Below are positions 17,750 through 27,862 of a DNA stretch of 46,880 nt, in pieces. The position numbers were made by a program, and so were the translations under genes. The notes beneath the pieces are model-generated. The model did no database searches and was not told the origin of the DNA. It saw only the letters and a program-made list of their open reading frames with translations. Numbering within the stretch: the stretch's first letter is position 1; each line of letters begins with the position of its first letter. Origin of the DNA: Fibrobacter sp. (GTDB taxonomy: Bacteria; Fibrobacterota; Chitinivibrionia; Chitinivibrionales; Chitinispirillaceae); the NCBI GenBank assembly GCA_012523595.1, contig JAAYIG010000097.1, positions 1-46,880 on the forward strand. Reading direction: 5' to 3'.

Positions 17750-20700
17750 TTAATATGGATAAAGAAGCACTACTATATTGCTCTCTGAAGTGGAACCATG
17801 GCGATCTCTTGCTACCACCTTGCAATAGAAGGTTCCATTATAGTTTTTCGACTGAGGGTCGAACTGGTATATGAGCCATTCCCCACTCTTGCCAAAGTCA
17901 GGGCTCTTTGCCTGAGTAAAGGGAATCAATGTATCATTAATTGCATTTATCGATTTACCTGCCAGGATGGCAAAACAGGTAAGTGAATCATCCACTTTGT
18001 CCAGTTTTCTCCATTGGATCTTTACATCAGGCATGCCTGGCTGTGAAAGCGGAACGATTACCTCAGGAGCTGGAGGGAATGAATCCGGCAGTATATAAAA
18101 GCTAAACAGATTAGACCAGAGACTGTCATCATCCCGTCCACGTACAGTCACAAAGGAAGCCATATTCAGTGTAAAAAATTCTTTCAGTTCCGGAACATCA
18201 GTTTTGTAATTGTAGGTACCATCGTATTCACCCCGGTACCATTCATATTCTACAATAGTCCCGTTCGAGTCAATACCATTCACCATGTAAATCAGATCGA
18301 TGTCTTTAAAGACCGCATTAAGAGTATCAAAGTTTTCACCTTTTTTCCATTGCTGAGTGCTGTTATCAGGTCCGGCTTTAATAAGCGGTCTTCCCAATCT
18401 CACAGTTATTTGAAAACTCTTTGTTGTCCACAGAGAATCATCATCCCTGACTTTCACTTTTACAGTCTGTGTTCCTGCTTCGCTTGTATCATATCGATGT
18501 GAGAAGATGTTGACTCCCTTCCCCTCCCATTTTCCGCTGTTGTTCCAATCGATTGCAAATGTATCTACCGAACCATTCTTGTCTGTATAGTAGATCGTAA
18601 ATGAGTTTGTGCCACCAATCCAGACACTGCCAGGAACAATAGAATCTATCACAGGGGCTCCTGATTTCACTGTGAGTGTCAGAGCAGTGTCTTTAACAAG
18701 TCCGTCATTGTCTTTAATTCTGAAAAGAAGTTCTCTCGATCCGCTGTCTGCCTTCGAAAAGTAAATGTCAGGAAAAACCGCACTGTCACTGATTGCTTTT
18801 ATCTTGCGTTCAAAAATGGTATCGCCATCTGTTGAAAGATAGATGCTGTCGATAAAATCGTTGGGATCTGAGCCCTTGACAGTAAAACGAATATTATCCA
18901 AAATGTAAACTTCTGAATCGGGCCTGTTCATGGCAATAGACTTAAAAGAGGGTAATCCGAGTCTCACATACACATTGTGGATGAGGGTATCGGAAGAGAG
19001 TGAATCGTCGTCGAGCACAAAAGCCTTTACCTCTTTCATCCCCGGTGTTAAATAAGAATGGCTGAACAGATTACTCTTTTTAAACTCAAATGGTTCACCA
19101 TCTTCCCATGAAACAGCAAATCTTTTGATTAATCCGTTTTGATCCGTTCCGGTCAATTCATATTGAACCGTATCCATGTACCAGACTGAATCTGGAAAAC
19201 TGTGTTTGATTGAAGGTTTTCCGGAAAGTACAAGAATTGAAAATGTAACAGTATCGGATACCTGTTCCTCATCATCTACTACGTACACGCGTACATTTTT
19301 CAGTCCTTCAGTACTGAAACTGTGATTGAAAGTAGAATCTTCAGAATATTGGAACGATCCCTCTTCCCATTGGATATAATAGCCGGAAATATCCCCGTTG
19401 ACATCGAAGGCTGTGATGTGGTATGTGGTATCATCATATATCCAGCATGTGTCCGGTTTGACAGATTCCACAACCGGTACCCCGGATGACACATTTATAG
19501 AATCAGAGGCAAAAACATATTCTGATTTCTGTCCATCCTCATCGATTACCGCTGCTTTAATCGCGAATTTCCCGATTTCAGAGATTTCAATATTAAAACT
19601 GGTATCTATTGATTGGTTTGCTTTTACCTGGAAGACATTATCCATCACTCCATCAATCCCGATCGCAACCTGTTTTACTACACCATTGGAATCTGCCGCT
19701 TTAACGCGGACAGTAACAGGATCCCCGACATAAACGACCTTCGGAGAGAAACTCACAGACTTGACCTGTGGACTTCCCGGGATAACCTTGATTTTTACTT
19801 CAGCAAGAACATGGGCAGTATCTCCGTTTTCACTTCTGCATCCTACTGTAATCCGGTTTACACCTGTATCACTGAAAGCTGAATCAAACAGGCCCTGATC
19901 TGTTGTGCGGTCCCAAACCCCGTCATCATCAAAATCCCAGAGATATTCTGCTACTGGAGAAGAGCCGTCTCCGTCAACAGCCGGAACAAGAATCTTCACA
20001 GTATCTTTTATATAGACTGTTGTATCAATCAAGGGACGAATAAAATACGGTCCATCAGCATATACATCAACGTAAATTGAGGCTGTATCCGATATAAACC
20101 CATCATTGTCAACGGCCCAGGCCTTGATGACTTTTTTACCGGGGGTAAGAAATCTGACAGACCACTTCTTCACCCCTCCAGTACTGTATGCCGAGTCATC
20201 ATCTGATATCCTGTAAAAAATGTCTTTTATCACACCACTGTCATTACTGTCACCTGCACGCACTGAAAGCTGCAGATCCCGACTCATAGAGATCGTCGTG
20301 TCACCAGTTATAAAAGTACAGTAAGGACGGAATTTTCTTATATAGACAGATTTCTGAATGCTGTAGGTGGAATCTGTCCCCACCAAAGCTGAAACCAGGA
20401 TTGTAAACGGGGGTTGTGAATCGTTGAAAAACAGTTCAAGAGTGTTGGAACTGATACTGGTTTTGATTGAATCAAAGATACTGTCAGGAATTACATTCCA
20501 GAAATAGGAGATGCCGGTGTCTTTCAGGGCCTTTTTGCCGCGAACTGCTTCTATCTCCCACTTCGCCCATTTACCAACCATAATAGTATCAGGAAATTTT
20601 CCTGCAACAGGCTTCAGTCCGTATTCAAATGCTGAGATATTTACAAATAATGTTTCAGGATCACTCAGCATTCCATACTTGTTTGATCCCCTGAGAATTA

Positions 20701-21517
20701 CTGTGTCAATTCCCGGATCAGTAAATGTAAATGTCAGCGCATCGATGGTGCTTATCTTCCGGTTCTGCTGCTTTATTATCCAGTGCAATGAATCACAGTC
20801 TGATTTCTGAACAGTGAAAGTAAAACTCTGTCCTGCAGGCACTGTTAAGGTCTTCAGGGGAAATGATGCCTTTGGCGGTCTGGAAAGAAACAGAATTTCC
20901 ATGGTATCAGTGTTAATTGAGTTCCCCAGAGAATCTTTAACCACCGCATAAACATCCAGTGTTCCTGCCGTATCACATTTTAAGCTTAATGTTTCTTTTC
21001 CTTCTGTCCGGGCTGCGAATCTGTTACCGGCATACCATTCAACTGTCAATGCCCTGCCAGCTACAGATGAGATGCTGACAGATACTGAGCTGCCTGCGAT
21101 TGCGGTTGTCTCTCCGCTGAGCCTGAACTGGTTTTTAACAATTACAGGAAGAGTGCATGTATCTTTCAGTTCGTTAGGTCTGGTACCGATCAACCGAACC
21201 GATCCTTTGAACGGCGCGGTGAACACCACTACCATCTGTGAATCATTGAATGTTTCCCGGAGAAAGGATGTATCGAAACGATTCCCGGGTTCAGTCTGAA
21301 AATCAATTGAGGCAAATGTGTCTTTGTCTGTAATGTACATAAGAGTACATGGGGCAAGAACCGGAAAGGTATCCTGTGGTGAGATCCACTGTGCCTCAAT
21401 AGAATAATAGCCGTTATAGTCGCTTAGAAGAGGCGACTCTACCCTCTGGCAGATCGTAAAAAACATCAGGAATGCTGAGAAGATAAGAAAGCCTGTTTTT
21501 CTTGATTTCATCATCAT
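17750..21517 (-). CDS. Very large secreted/cell-surface protein with multiple PKD-like/Ig-like repeats
   Basis: 1255-aa ORF with an N-terminal signal peptide (MMMKSRKTGFLIFSAFLMFF). It has recurring ~85-aa repeats with PKD-type signatures (…FSHSYLTPGMKEVKAFVLDDDSLSSDT…, …FSHRYDTSEAGTQTVKVKVRDDDSLW…). Confidence 0.7.
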   Translation of the reverse strand: MMMKSRKTGFLIFSAFLMFFTICQRVESPLLSDYNGYYSIEAQWISPQDTFPVLAPCTLMYITDKDTFASIDFQTEPGNRFDTSFLRETFNDSQMVVVFTAPFKGSVRLIGTRPNELKDTCTLPVIVKNQFRLSGETTAIAGSSVSVSISSVAGRALTVEWYAGNRFAARTEGKETLSLKCDTAGTLDVYAVVKDSLGNSINTDTMEILFLSRPPKASFPLKTLTVPAGQSFTFTVQKSDCDSLHWIIKQQNRKISTIDALTFTFTDPGIDTVILRGSNKYGMLSDPETLFVNISAFEYGLKPVAGKFPDTIMVGKWAKWEIEAVRGKKALKDTGISYFWNVIPDSIFDSIKTSISSNTLELFFNDSQPPFTILVSALVGTDSTYSIQKSVYIRKFRPYCTFITGDTTISMSRDLQLSVRAGDSNDSGVIKDIFYRISDDDSAYSTGGVKKWSVRFLTPGKKVIKAWAVDNDGFISDTASIYVDVYADGPYFIRPLIDTTVYIKDTVKILVPAVDGDGSSPVAEYLWDFDDDGVWDRTTDQGLFDSAFSDTGVNRITVGCRSENGDTAHVLAEVKIKVIPGSPQVKSVSFSPKVVYVGDPVTVRVKAADSNGVVKQVAIGIDGVMDNVFQVKANQSIDTSFNIEISEIGKFAIKAAVIDEDGQKSEYVFASDSINVSSGVPVVESVKPDTCWIYDDTTYHITAFDVNGDISGYYIQWEEGSFQYSEDSTFNHSFSTEGLKNVRVYVVDDEEQVSDTVTFSILVLSGKPSIKHSFPDSVWYMDTVQYELTGTDQNGLIKRFAVSWEDGEPFEFKKSNLFSHSYLTPGMKEVKAFVLDDDSLSSDTLIHNVYVRLGLPSFKSIAMNRPDSEVYILDNIRFTVKGSDPNDFIDSIYLSTDGDTIFERKIKAISDSAVFPDIYFSKADSGSRELLFRIKDNDGLVKDTALTLTVKSGAPVIDSIVPGSVWIGGTNSFTIYYTDKNGSVDTFAIDWNNSGKWEGKGVNIFSHRYDTSEAGTQTVKVKVRDDDSLWTTKSFQITVRLGRPLIKAGPDNSTQQWKKGENFDTLNAVFKDIDLIYMVNGIDSNGTIVEYEWYRGEYDGTYNYKTDVPELKEFFTLNMASFVTVRGRDDDSLWSNLFSFYILPDSFPPAPEVIVPLSQPGMPDVKIQWRKLDKVDDSLTCFAILAGKSINAINDTLIPFTQAKSPDFGKSGEWLIYQFDPQSKNYNGTFYCKVVARDRHGSTSESNIVVLLYPY

Positions 21518-22440
21518 CGTTTGTCTCCCGGATCTGATTTTTTGTTTGAGAGGACTTTAAAGACTACAGCCGGTGCTAAAGTTATTCCGGCTCCGATATA
21601 ACAACCTTTGGAAATATTGTAAAGCACAGTAGCTCTGTTGCTGTACCCCTGAGCCTCAGCATGAGTGCTGCTTACCTTAACCTTCTGATCAACAGAATAC
21701 CCTGCAACAGTAAAAATCACACCTGCTGCAGCCAAAACCGCGGTCTGACCAAAAAACCAGTTCGAACCTGTTCTGTATCCTTTCTGCTCCATTCGCCTTA
21801 CCCATGGTTTAGGGCAAATAAGAGTAAACGGAGTGTCGGGAAATACTTGTGCCGATAAATCTGAATACTTTACAGAAACATTCCCCGGATCTGAAAAGGT
21901 AACGTTTTCTATAACCATCGAATCACAGATTCCCTCCGAGGAAATGCCGGTTTCTGAACCTGAAATTTTAACGTTTTTAAGAGTAAGCTTTCCTGTTTTT
22001 CCTACTTTGATACCTTTCCAGAGGATCCGTGTGGTCCTTGGAGCAATGTACATTTCATTGATATCAATTATCGAAAGAAGAGCGGGAGATTCGGTTGTAC
22101 CGGTGATTTCCACAGCACCTTCAATAAGCATCGATGCACCGGGTTCAAAGAATATCTTTATCCCCTGTGGAACTTTCAGACCTGTTCCCTGTGGAACAAC
22201 CACTTTATTAAGCACGATCCAGGTCTGACTTCTGATACCCGACAGTGAGCGCAATGTGTCTGGTAAAACAGAATATAGCTTTTTATCATAGTGCTGTGTC
22301 ACCAGTATTTTTCGATCAATAATCTCTGGTTCCACGCTCTGCCATTTGTCAGCATCCTGCCCATTTACCTGTGTTGAATAATTCAGGATAAATGATATAA
22401 ATAGAAATATAAATCCGGAGAATAGTTTTTTTACGCTCAT
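21514..22440 (-). CDS. Membrane-anchored/secreted right-handed beta-helix-like protein
   Basis: The six-frame ORF reaches 22482. I favour a start at Met 22440 (MSVKKLFSGFIFLFISFIL…), which begins directly with a signal/anchor peptide. Its stop overlaps the start of the PKD giant gene (ATGA at 21514-21517). The C-terminus has a hydrophobic segment. Confidence 0.5.
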   Translation of the reverse strand: MSVKKLFSGFIFLFISFILNYSTQVNGQDADKWQSVEPEIIDRKILVTQHYDKKLYSVLPDTLRSLSGIRSQTWIVLNKVVVPQGTGLKVPQGIKIFFEPGASMLIEGAVEITGTTESPALLSIIDINEMYIAPRTTRILWKGIKVGKTGKLTLKNVKISGSETGISSEGICDSMVIENVTFSDPGNVSVKYSDLSAQVFPDTPFTLICPKPWVRRMEQKGYRTGSNWFFGQTAVLAAAGVIFTVAGYSVDQKVKVSSTHAEAQGYSNRATVLYNISKGCYIGAGITLAPAVVFKVLSNKKSDPGDKR

Positions 22441-22533
22441 TCTAAAAAGTTCTTCTGGAATAGGAGTAATTCTCATTTTCAAGGCTGAGTAGTGAAATTA
22501 TATTAATTAACCTTAGAGAACAAGGAATTTGCA

Positions 22534-24282
22534 TTGATTGATAAAGAATCTGATCAGGGAAAAAGCCTCCTGAACACCGGAATATCCGACACATCATCTC
22601 TGCCCCGGCTCGGTGAAATAATCGGTAACTGCAGAATCACCTCCATTCTGGGTGAAGGCGGTATCGGGATCGTCTATAAGGGTTTTGAAGTCGACATCGA
22701 GATGGAACGCGCAATCAAGGTGCTCAAACCCGGTGCTGACGAGATCCTGAGGAAGCAGTTTGAGGTGGAGGCAAAGGTAACCGCCAGACTCGATCATCCA
22801 AACATCATCAAAGTCCATGGCGGAGGTATCTGGGACGGCAGATTACCGTTTATTCAGATGGAATACATCGACGGAAAATCTCTCAGGGCAATTCTCAATG
22901 AATATCCCTCGCTTCCTCCTGCTGTATGCCTTTCTATAATTTCCGTGATCGCCTCAGCCCTTGATTATGCATACGGAAAATCCTTCTCCATCTGGGGCAA
23001 TTCCTCGGAAAAACTGGTTCATCTTGACCTTAAGCCGGAAAATCTCCTTCTGACCGGGGATGGAATTCTGAAAGTGATGGACTTCGGACTGGCACAGCTT
23101 GGAGAGGAGCGATACAGGCTCGATTATGGTACTCCGTATTACATGAGTCCGGAACAGCACGACCAGCAGAAGGTAGACTGCAGAAGCGATATCTATACCC
23201 TGGGTATTATTCTTTACGAGATGCTATGCGGAGTAAGACCATTCAAAGGTGAACTGGAATCGATGATCTCCTCAAAGATGTCCGGTGAAATGACTCCAAT
23301 CAGCGAACTGGCCGGTGGATTGCCTGAAAAAGTCTATAAGATTGTTGATAAATGCCTGATGTTTGACAGGGAAAACAGGTACGATACACATGAATCTCTT
23401 CGTCGTGACATAGACAGTGCGCTTTCCGAAATTGCCTTTCTTTCCCCTCAGGAACTGATCAGAAGGTTTATGGATAACCCGGATGACTTCGATGCTACAA
23501 TCTGCATCCCCACAATAAATCTTCCACAGCATCCTGTACACAGGTACATTCCAGTATCTCTGGCAGTAATAGCTCTGATAGCTGTCGGGTATTTTGCTTT
23601 TCGATTTTTCCACTCTCCGGAAAGTAAACAAGATGAGTCTGCGGCTCTGATCGGAAAAATGAGTGACAGCGCGACAGTATCAGTGATAGATTCAATCGAG
23701 CCGCCACTGAAGGAAGTCAGTCAAAAGACTAAAGCAGCCATCCCGGCAATAAAGACCAGTTTACCATCTGTGAACCAGGAACAGCCCAGGTCTGTTCTTC
23801 AGGAGGCAATTGACGCATTTAAGGAGAAAAACTATACGGCTGTGATAGTGAGTATCAACTCCACAGGGCTCGATAATCTGACCGGGGCTACACGGGACAG
23901 TGCAGTAGTGCTCCTGGCAGATGCCTTCTATCATGCCAGATATATCCGTGAAATAATCGAATTGAGCAGCAAATACGATGTAAATGATGTACGTTTCTAC
24001 TCTGATGTCTCCCTTGCTTATGAATTAGCGCCTGATTTCAGCACTGCGGCACACTACATGGAAAAAGCGATTCTTGCGCCTTCTATAATATGGAGACAGC
24101 CCAGGGCAGAGATTCTGTTAAGAAGGGCACAGTTTTACAAACGTCGCTTTGAGGCGTTACAGGATGAAACAAGCAGGGCCAGCATGATCGAAGCGTACAG
24201 CAGATTCCTGAATGAGGGATGTCAGCGACCAGGGAAAGAATGTAATGAGGCAAAGGCTTTTCTGGAAGCTTTAAGGAGTTGA
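22534..24282 (+). CDS. Hanks-type serine/threonine protein kinase with transmembrane segment and C-terminal helical (TPR-like) domain
   Basis: 582-aa ORF with a TTG start at 22534. Kinase motifs are GxGxxG-like (GEGGIGIVYKG), VAIK-like (AIKVL), HLDLKPEN, DFG and GTPYYMSPE. A transmembrane helix (…PVSLAVIALIAVGYFAF…) follows. Confidence 0.85.
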   Translation: MIDKESDQGKSLLNTGISDTSSLPRLGEIIGNCRITSILGEGGIGIVYKGFEVDIEMERAIKVLKPGADEILRKQFEVEAKVTARLDHPNIIKVHGGGIWDGRLPFIQMEYIDGKSLRAILNEYPSLPPAVCLSIISVIASALDYAYGKSFSIWGNSSEKLVHLDLKPENLLLTGDGILKVMDFGLAQLGEERYRLDYGTPYYMSPEQHDQQKVDCRSDIYTLGIILYEMLCGVRPFKGELESMISSKMSGEMTPISELAGGLPEKVYKIVDKCLMFDRENRYDTHESLRRDIDSALSEIAFLSPQELIRRFMDNPDDFDATICIPTINLPQHPVHRYIPVSLAVIALIAVGYFAFRFFHSPESKQDESAALIGKMSDSATVSVIDSIEPPLKEVSQKTKAAIPAIKTSLPSVNQEQPRSVLQEAIDAFKEKNYTAVIVSINSTGLDNLTGATRDSAVVLLADAFYHARYIREIIELSSKYDVNDVRFYSDVSLAYELAPDFSTAAHYMEKAILAPSIIWRQPRAEILLRRAQFYKRRFEALQDETSRASMIEAYSRFLNEGCQRPGKECNEAKAFLEALRS

Positions 24283-26205
24283 ATCAAGTACCTCTATTCC
24301 TTTTTTTGTAATAACCCTCATATCCCCTCTTCTCTCAGTCACTCCTTCCTTGTCGTAAATTGATAACAGGAGAAGACAGAGCTTGCGGTTTGCACTTATC
24401 AGATCTCTGAATGCAGCCACAGTGAGACCTTCCGGGGTCTCTTTAAGTTTGCGCAACAGAGTAATCCGTGAGGAATCTACAATCGAGGAGTGGATAAGAT
24501 CCGATTCCGCTTTATATAATAAACCGGCTGAAATCAGATGTTGAATAATCTGTCTGAGCAGATGATTATCCAGACCATTTCTCCTGGCATGCAGCTCGAG
24601 TTCCGAAAGAAGAGGCGTTTTCAGACCACAGTCTTTAAAGAATCTCTCTACAATATCGATCTCCCGGACATAAAGCCCTGATGCTGCATGATGACCATGA
24701 AGGCTCCACCGATGTCCCTCTTTTCTTAATTTCTTCTGGTTAACCATCCGCGCCAGAATTGCCCCAAGAATATCTTTCCCATCCTGGCCTTGACAAACAG
24801 GGAGTATCCCCTGGAGTTCCTCAAGAGCAGGTCCTGAGGAAGCGAGCGGGTTCTTTTTGTGATAATCAGCAATTCCCCTGATAATCCTGCTGCAGGTACT
24901 ATCGAGATCAGCTTCGTCAATCAGATAGAGATCTTTTTCCCCCTGAAGACGGATAACACATGAGAGTTCAGTTGAAACAATCTCTGCGGAAGAGATATTC
25001 AACCGCTCCACAAGAGATTTCAGAGAGATTCCACCCGGGTTTTTCTTCACTTCAGAAGTAATCAGTTCCGGTAATTTCCCGGTTGAAAGTTTCTTCAATC
25101 TCTCAATCAGTTGTGAAGAACGTCTTCTGTGATGAAGCGGCGAGGCATCGATTATCTCTCCTCCGCCCAGAGTAGTATCACACGATGAACTACGCAGCAC
25201 AAAACGATCCCCGATCTGAGCAGTACAGGGTTCTTCAAGATGAATCTGGACTATAGCACATTCCCCCGCACGAATCGATTGCTTATCAAGAAGATGAATT
25301 CTGGCCTGTGACTCGAAAGTCCCCAGGAGAAAAACGGCTCGTGACCACAACTTGAGAGTTTTCCCAGATTCAAAAAGGTTGAAGTTTGCATCCAGAAGCA
25401 TTGATGAGCGCAGAAGACGGTCAGAAACCAGCATGCCTCTGGCAGTCTCCTCACGGGATACACCTGAAAGATTCAGTGATGCCCTGTCACCGGCAGTCAC
25501 CTCCTCCACTTCATTGCCATAGCGCTCCAATCGCCGCAGTTTCAGTTCCCTGCCCCGGGGAAGAAGGTATACCGTGGAGCCAGCCTTCACAGTGCCGCCA
25601 ATAACTGAACCGGTAGCCACAGTGCCGTATCCACTGACACTGAACACCCGGTCTATGAACATCCTGAAAACCTCACTACCGGCACGTACTCTGACTTCCG
25701 AAGCCGCTCTTGCTATGGCACCTTTCAGCTCATCAATACCTTCGCCGGTTTTTGAGGAGACCTTTACAATGGGTGCATTCTCCAGAAATGTACCTTTGAC
25801 CAGTTCACGAATTTCAGTCTCTGCCATATCGGAAACTTCAGGATCAGCCAGATCGATCCTGGAGATCACAATGATACCGCTGCGCACTCCCAGTATCTGC
25901 ATTATTCTCAGATGCTCCCTGGTCTGGGGCATCACTCCACTGTCTGCTGCGACAAGGAGAAGTGCTATATCGATTCCGCTTGCCCCGGCCACCATCGTAT
26001 GCACAAAATCCCTGTGCCCCGGAACATCGACTATGCCAATTGTATCACCTGATGGAAGCTTAAGGGATGTAAACCCCAGGTTTATGGTAATCCCCCGGCG
26101 TTTCTCCTCTTTGTGAGTATCGCATTCAATTCCGGTAAGTGCTTTAACAAGAGCAGTTTTTCCGTGATCAACGTGCCCGGCAGTACCCAGGATGAGATGT
26201 TTCAT
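24271..26205 (-). CDS. selB: Selenocysteine-specific translation elongation factor SelB
   Basis: 644-aa ORF with GTPase motifs (GHVDHGKT, DVPGH). The long C-terminal winged-helix extension is typical of SelB. Its start overlaps the selA stop (ATGA). Confidence 0.9.
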   Translation of the reverse strand: MKHLILGTAGHVDHGKTALVKALTGIECDTHKEEKRRGITINLGFTSLKLPSGDTIGIVDVPGHRDFVHTMVAGASGIDIALLLVAADSGVMPQTREHLRIMQILGVRSGIIVISRIDLADPEVSDMAETEIRELVKGTFLENAPIVKVSSKTGEGIDELKGAIARAASEVRVRAGSEVFRMFIDRVFSVSGYGTVATGSVIGGTVKAGSTVYLLPRGRELKLRRLERYGNEVEEVTAGDRASLNLSGVSREETARGMLVSDRLLRSSMLLDANFNLFESGKTLKLWSRAVFLLGTFESQARIHLLDKQSIRAGECAIVQIHLEEPCTAQIGDRFVLRSSSCDTTLGGGEIIDASPLHHRRRSSQLIERLKKLSTGKLPELITSEVKKNPGGISLKSLVERLNISSAEIVSTELSCVIRLQGEKDLYLIDEADLDSTCSRIIRGIADYHKKNPLASSGPALEELQGILPVCQGQDGKDILGAILARMVNQKKLRKEGHRWSLHGHHAASGLYVREIDIVERFFKDCGLKTPLLSELELHARRNGLDNHLLRQIIQHLISAGLLYKAESDLIHSSIVDSSRITLLRKLKETPEGLTVAAFRDLISANRKLCLLLLSIYDKEGVTERRGDMRVITKKGIEVLDSTP

Positions 26206-27611
26206 TGAAGCGCGCCTCTCACACAGTCAACTGTCGCCTCGACAATGACCGGCAGATCTTTACCTGACAGGGCAAAAACATCGAAAACTATCCGCCCCTC
26301 CCTCAGGATACCAAGCACAGGCAGATCCCTTTTCAGCAGATTATGGAATACCGATTCGGCGAAAGCCTCTCTGTCCTTAACAGGTGAGATAAGCGTCACT
26401 GCGTAGCTGGGGATCTTCAGGTCAGGAAGAGTACCGCCTCCGCATTGACCTGTGCTCTCTGAGATTTCGGAGGCAATCTGTCTTTTTGCCAGCTCATCTT
26501 TTAAAGTAACTGCGATTTCCCGTTTTTCTTCATCTTTACGATGCAGGAAATAGAACACAGGGTTGTTTTCGACAAGGCTTTTATCACTGAGATAACTTCT
26601 GCAGGCTTGAGAGAGTGCTGCTATTGTAAGTTTCCCCACACGCAAAGCTCTCATCAGAGGGGCACGTGAAAGTGCAGAAACAAGCTCCCTTCGCCCGGCA
26701 ATTATACCGGCCTGCGGTCCTCCCAGCAGCTTGTCACCTGAAAACATGACAAGTTCAGCACCGTCATTGATAGCGCTCTGCACATTTGGCTCATTTTCAA
26801 AGCCCTTGAGGTCAGGTTTGCGAAGCAGTCCTGAACCAATATCGTAGAAAAGTGGAATCTGATACGATCGGGCAAGAATGGAAAGCTCCCTCACCGATAC
26901 TTCCTCTGTAAAGCCCTCGATCGTATAGTTCGACTTGTGAGCCTTGAATATGGCCGCGGTGGCCGGATTTATCGCCTGTTCATAATCTGAAAGCCGGGTG
27001 CGGTTTGTAGTCCCCACCTCGATCATCTTTGCCCCTGAGGCAGCCATTATTTCCGGAATCCTGAATGCCCCTCCGATTTCAATCAATTCCCCTCTGGAAA
27101 TAATCACCTCTTTACCGGAAGCAAAAGTACTGAGGGCAAGAATTATTCCTGCGGCGTTGTTATTTACAATTATTATACCTTCGGCACCGGTAAGATAGGT
27201 CAGGAACTCGGAAAGATGTTCTGTACGATGGCCTCTGGAGGCGCTCTGAAGGTCGAATTCCAGATTGGAGTACCCGCTTATCACCGGTATCATTCCTTCC
27301 ACTACTGCATCACCAAGGGGTGCCCGGCCAAGATTTGTATGAAGCAGAATTCCTGTGGCGTTAATTACAGGTTTCAGTGAGGGTTCACAGATAGCTTTTA
27401 CAATATCACCGGCTGAGTGCGAGATGCCTTCGGGCGATAGATCTATCTTATTCTCCCCGGCTTCCATAGAGATTCTTGCGTTCTGCAGTGCCCGGCGGAC
27501 AGCATAAGTCACAATTGCACGACCGTGGCGCTCAATAAGCTCCTCTGAAATTCCGGTATGAAGTACTTTGTCAACACTTGGCAACTGTCGGAAGTTCTTT
27601 TCTGGATTCAT
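26202..27611 (-). CDS. selA: L-seryl-tRNA(Sec) selenium transferase SelA
   Basis: 469-aa ORF matching the SelA N-terminus (…FRQLPSVDKVLH…) and the PLP-fold region, located between tRNA-Sec and selB. Confidence 0.9.
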   Translation of the reverse strand: MNPEKNFRQLPSVDKVLHTGISEELIERHGRAIVTYAVRRALQNARISMEAGENKIDLSPEGISHSAGDIVKAICEPSLKPVINATGILLHTNLGRAPLGDAVVEGMIPVISGYSNLEFDLQSASRGHRTEHLSEFLTYLTGAEGIIIVNNNAAGIILALSTFASGKEVIISRGELIEIGGAFRIPEIMAASGAKMIEVGTTNRTRLSDYEQAINPATAAIFKAHKSNYTIEGFTEEVSVRELSILARSYQIPLFYDIGSGLLRKPDLKGFENEPNVQSAINDGAELVMFSGDKLLGGPQAGIIAGRRELVSALSRAPLMRALRVGKLTIAALSQACRSYLSDKSLVENNPVFYFLHRKDEEKREIAVTLKDELAKRQIASEISESTGQCGGGTLPDLKIPSYAVTLISPVKDREAFAESVFHNLLKRDLPVLGILREGRIVFDVFALSGKDLPVIVEATVDCVRGALQ

Positions 27612-27635
27612 TTGGATATTTCTCTTGAGGTATTT

Positions 27636-27730
27636 TGGCGGAGAGAGCAGGAATCGAACCTGCCACAGACGGTGTTATCCGCCCGCTACTGGTTTTGAAG
27701 ACCAGCCGGAACACCAGTTCCAACCTCTCT
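27636..27730 (-). tRNA. selC: tRNA-Sec (anticodon UCA), selC
   Basis: The minus-strand sequence has a 5/7/5 anticodon arm CUGGU-CUUCAAA-ACCAG with anticodon UCA. It also has a 6-bp D-stem with a 4-nt loop, a long variable arm, T-arm GCAGG-UUCGAUU-CCUGC and a 3' GCCA. It sits immediately upstream of selA-selB. The ends are approximate. By hand I find only 6-7 acceptor base pairs. Confidence 0.75.
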
Positions 27731-27862
27731 ATTTAAAAAAATAAGTTATTTCAGCAGTGTCCGGTTACTTAACTGAATCATTAAATCTACCGCCCACTGC
27801 TGAAGTTCTTTATATACGGAGGGAAGATGATTTTATTACATGTCCCAGCCAGCACCTGAATT

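Noticed and set aside
27636-27730. Suspicion that the tRNA-Sec acceptor arms are mirror-image rather than complementary, implying a pseudogene or rearrangement
   Set aside because: Explicit antiparallel pairing gives G2-G7 paired with C71-U66, which is five Watson-Crick pairs plus one G·U. Only 1:72 is A·C. The gene looks intact. The residual oddity is the helix length.
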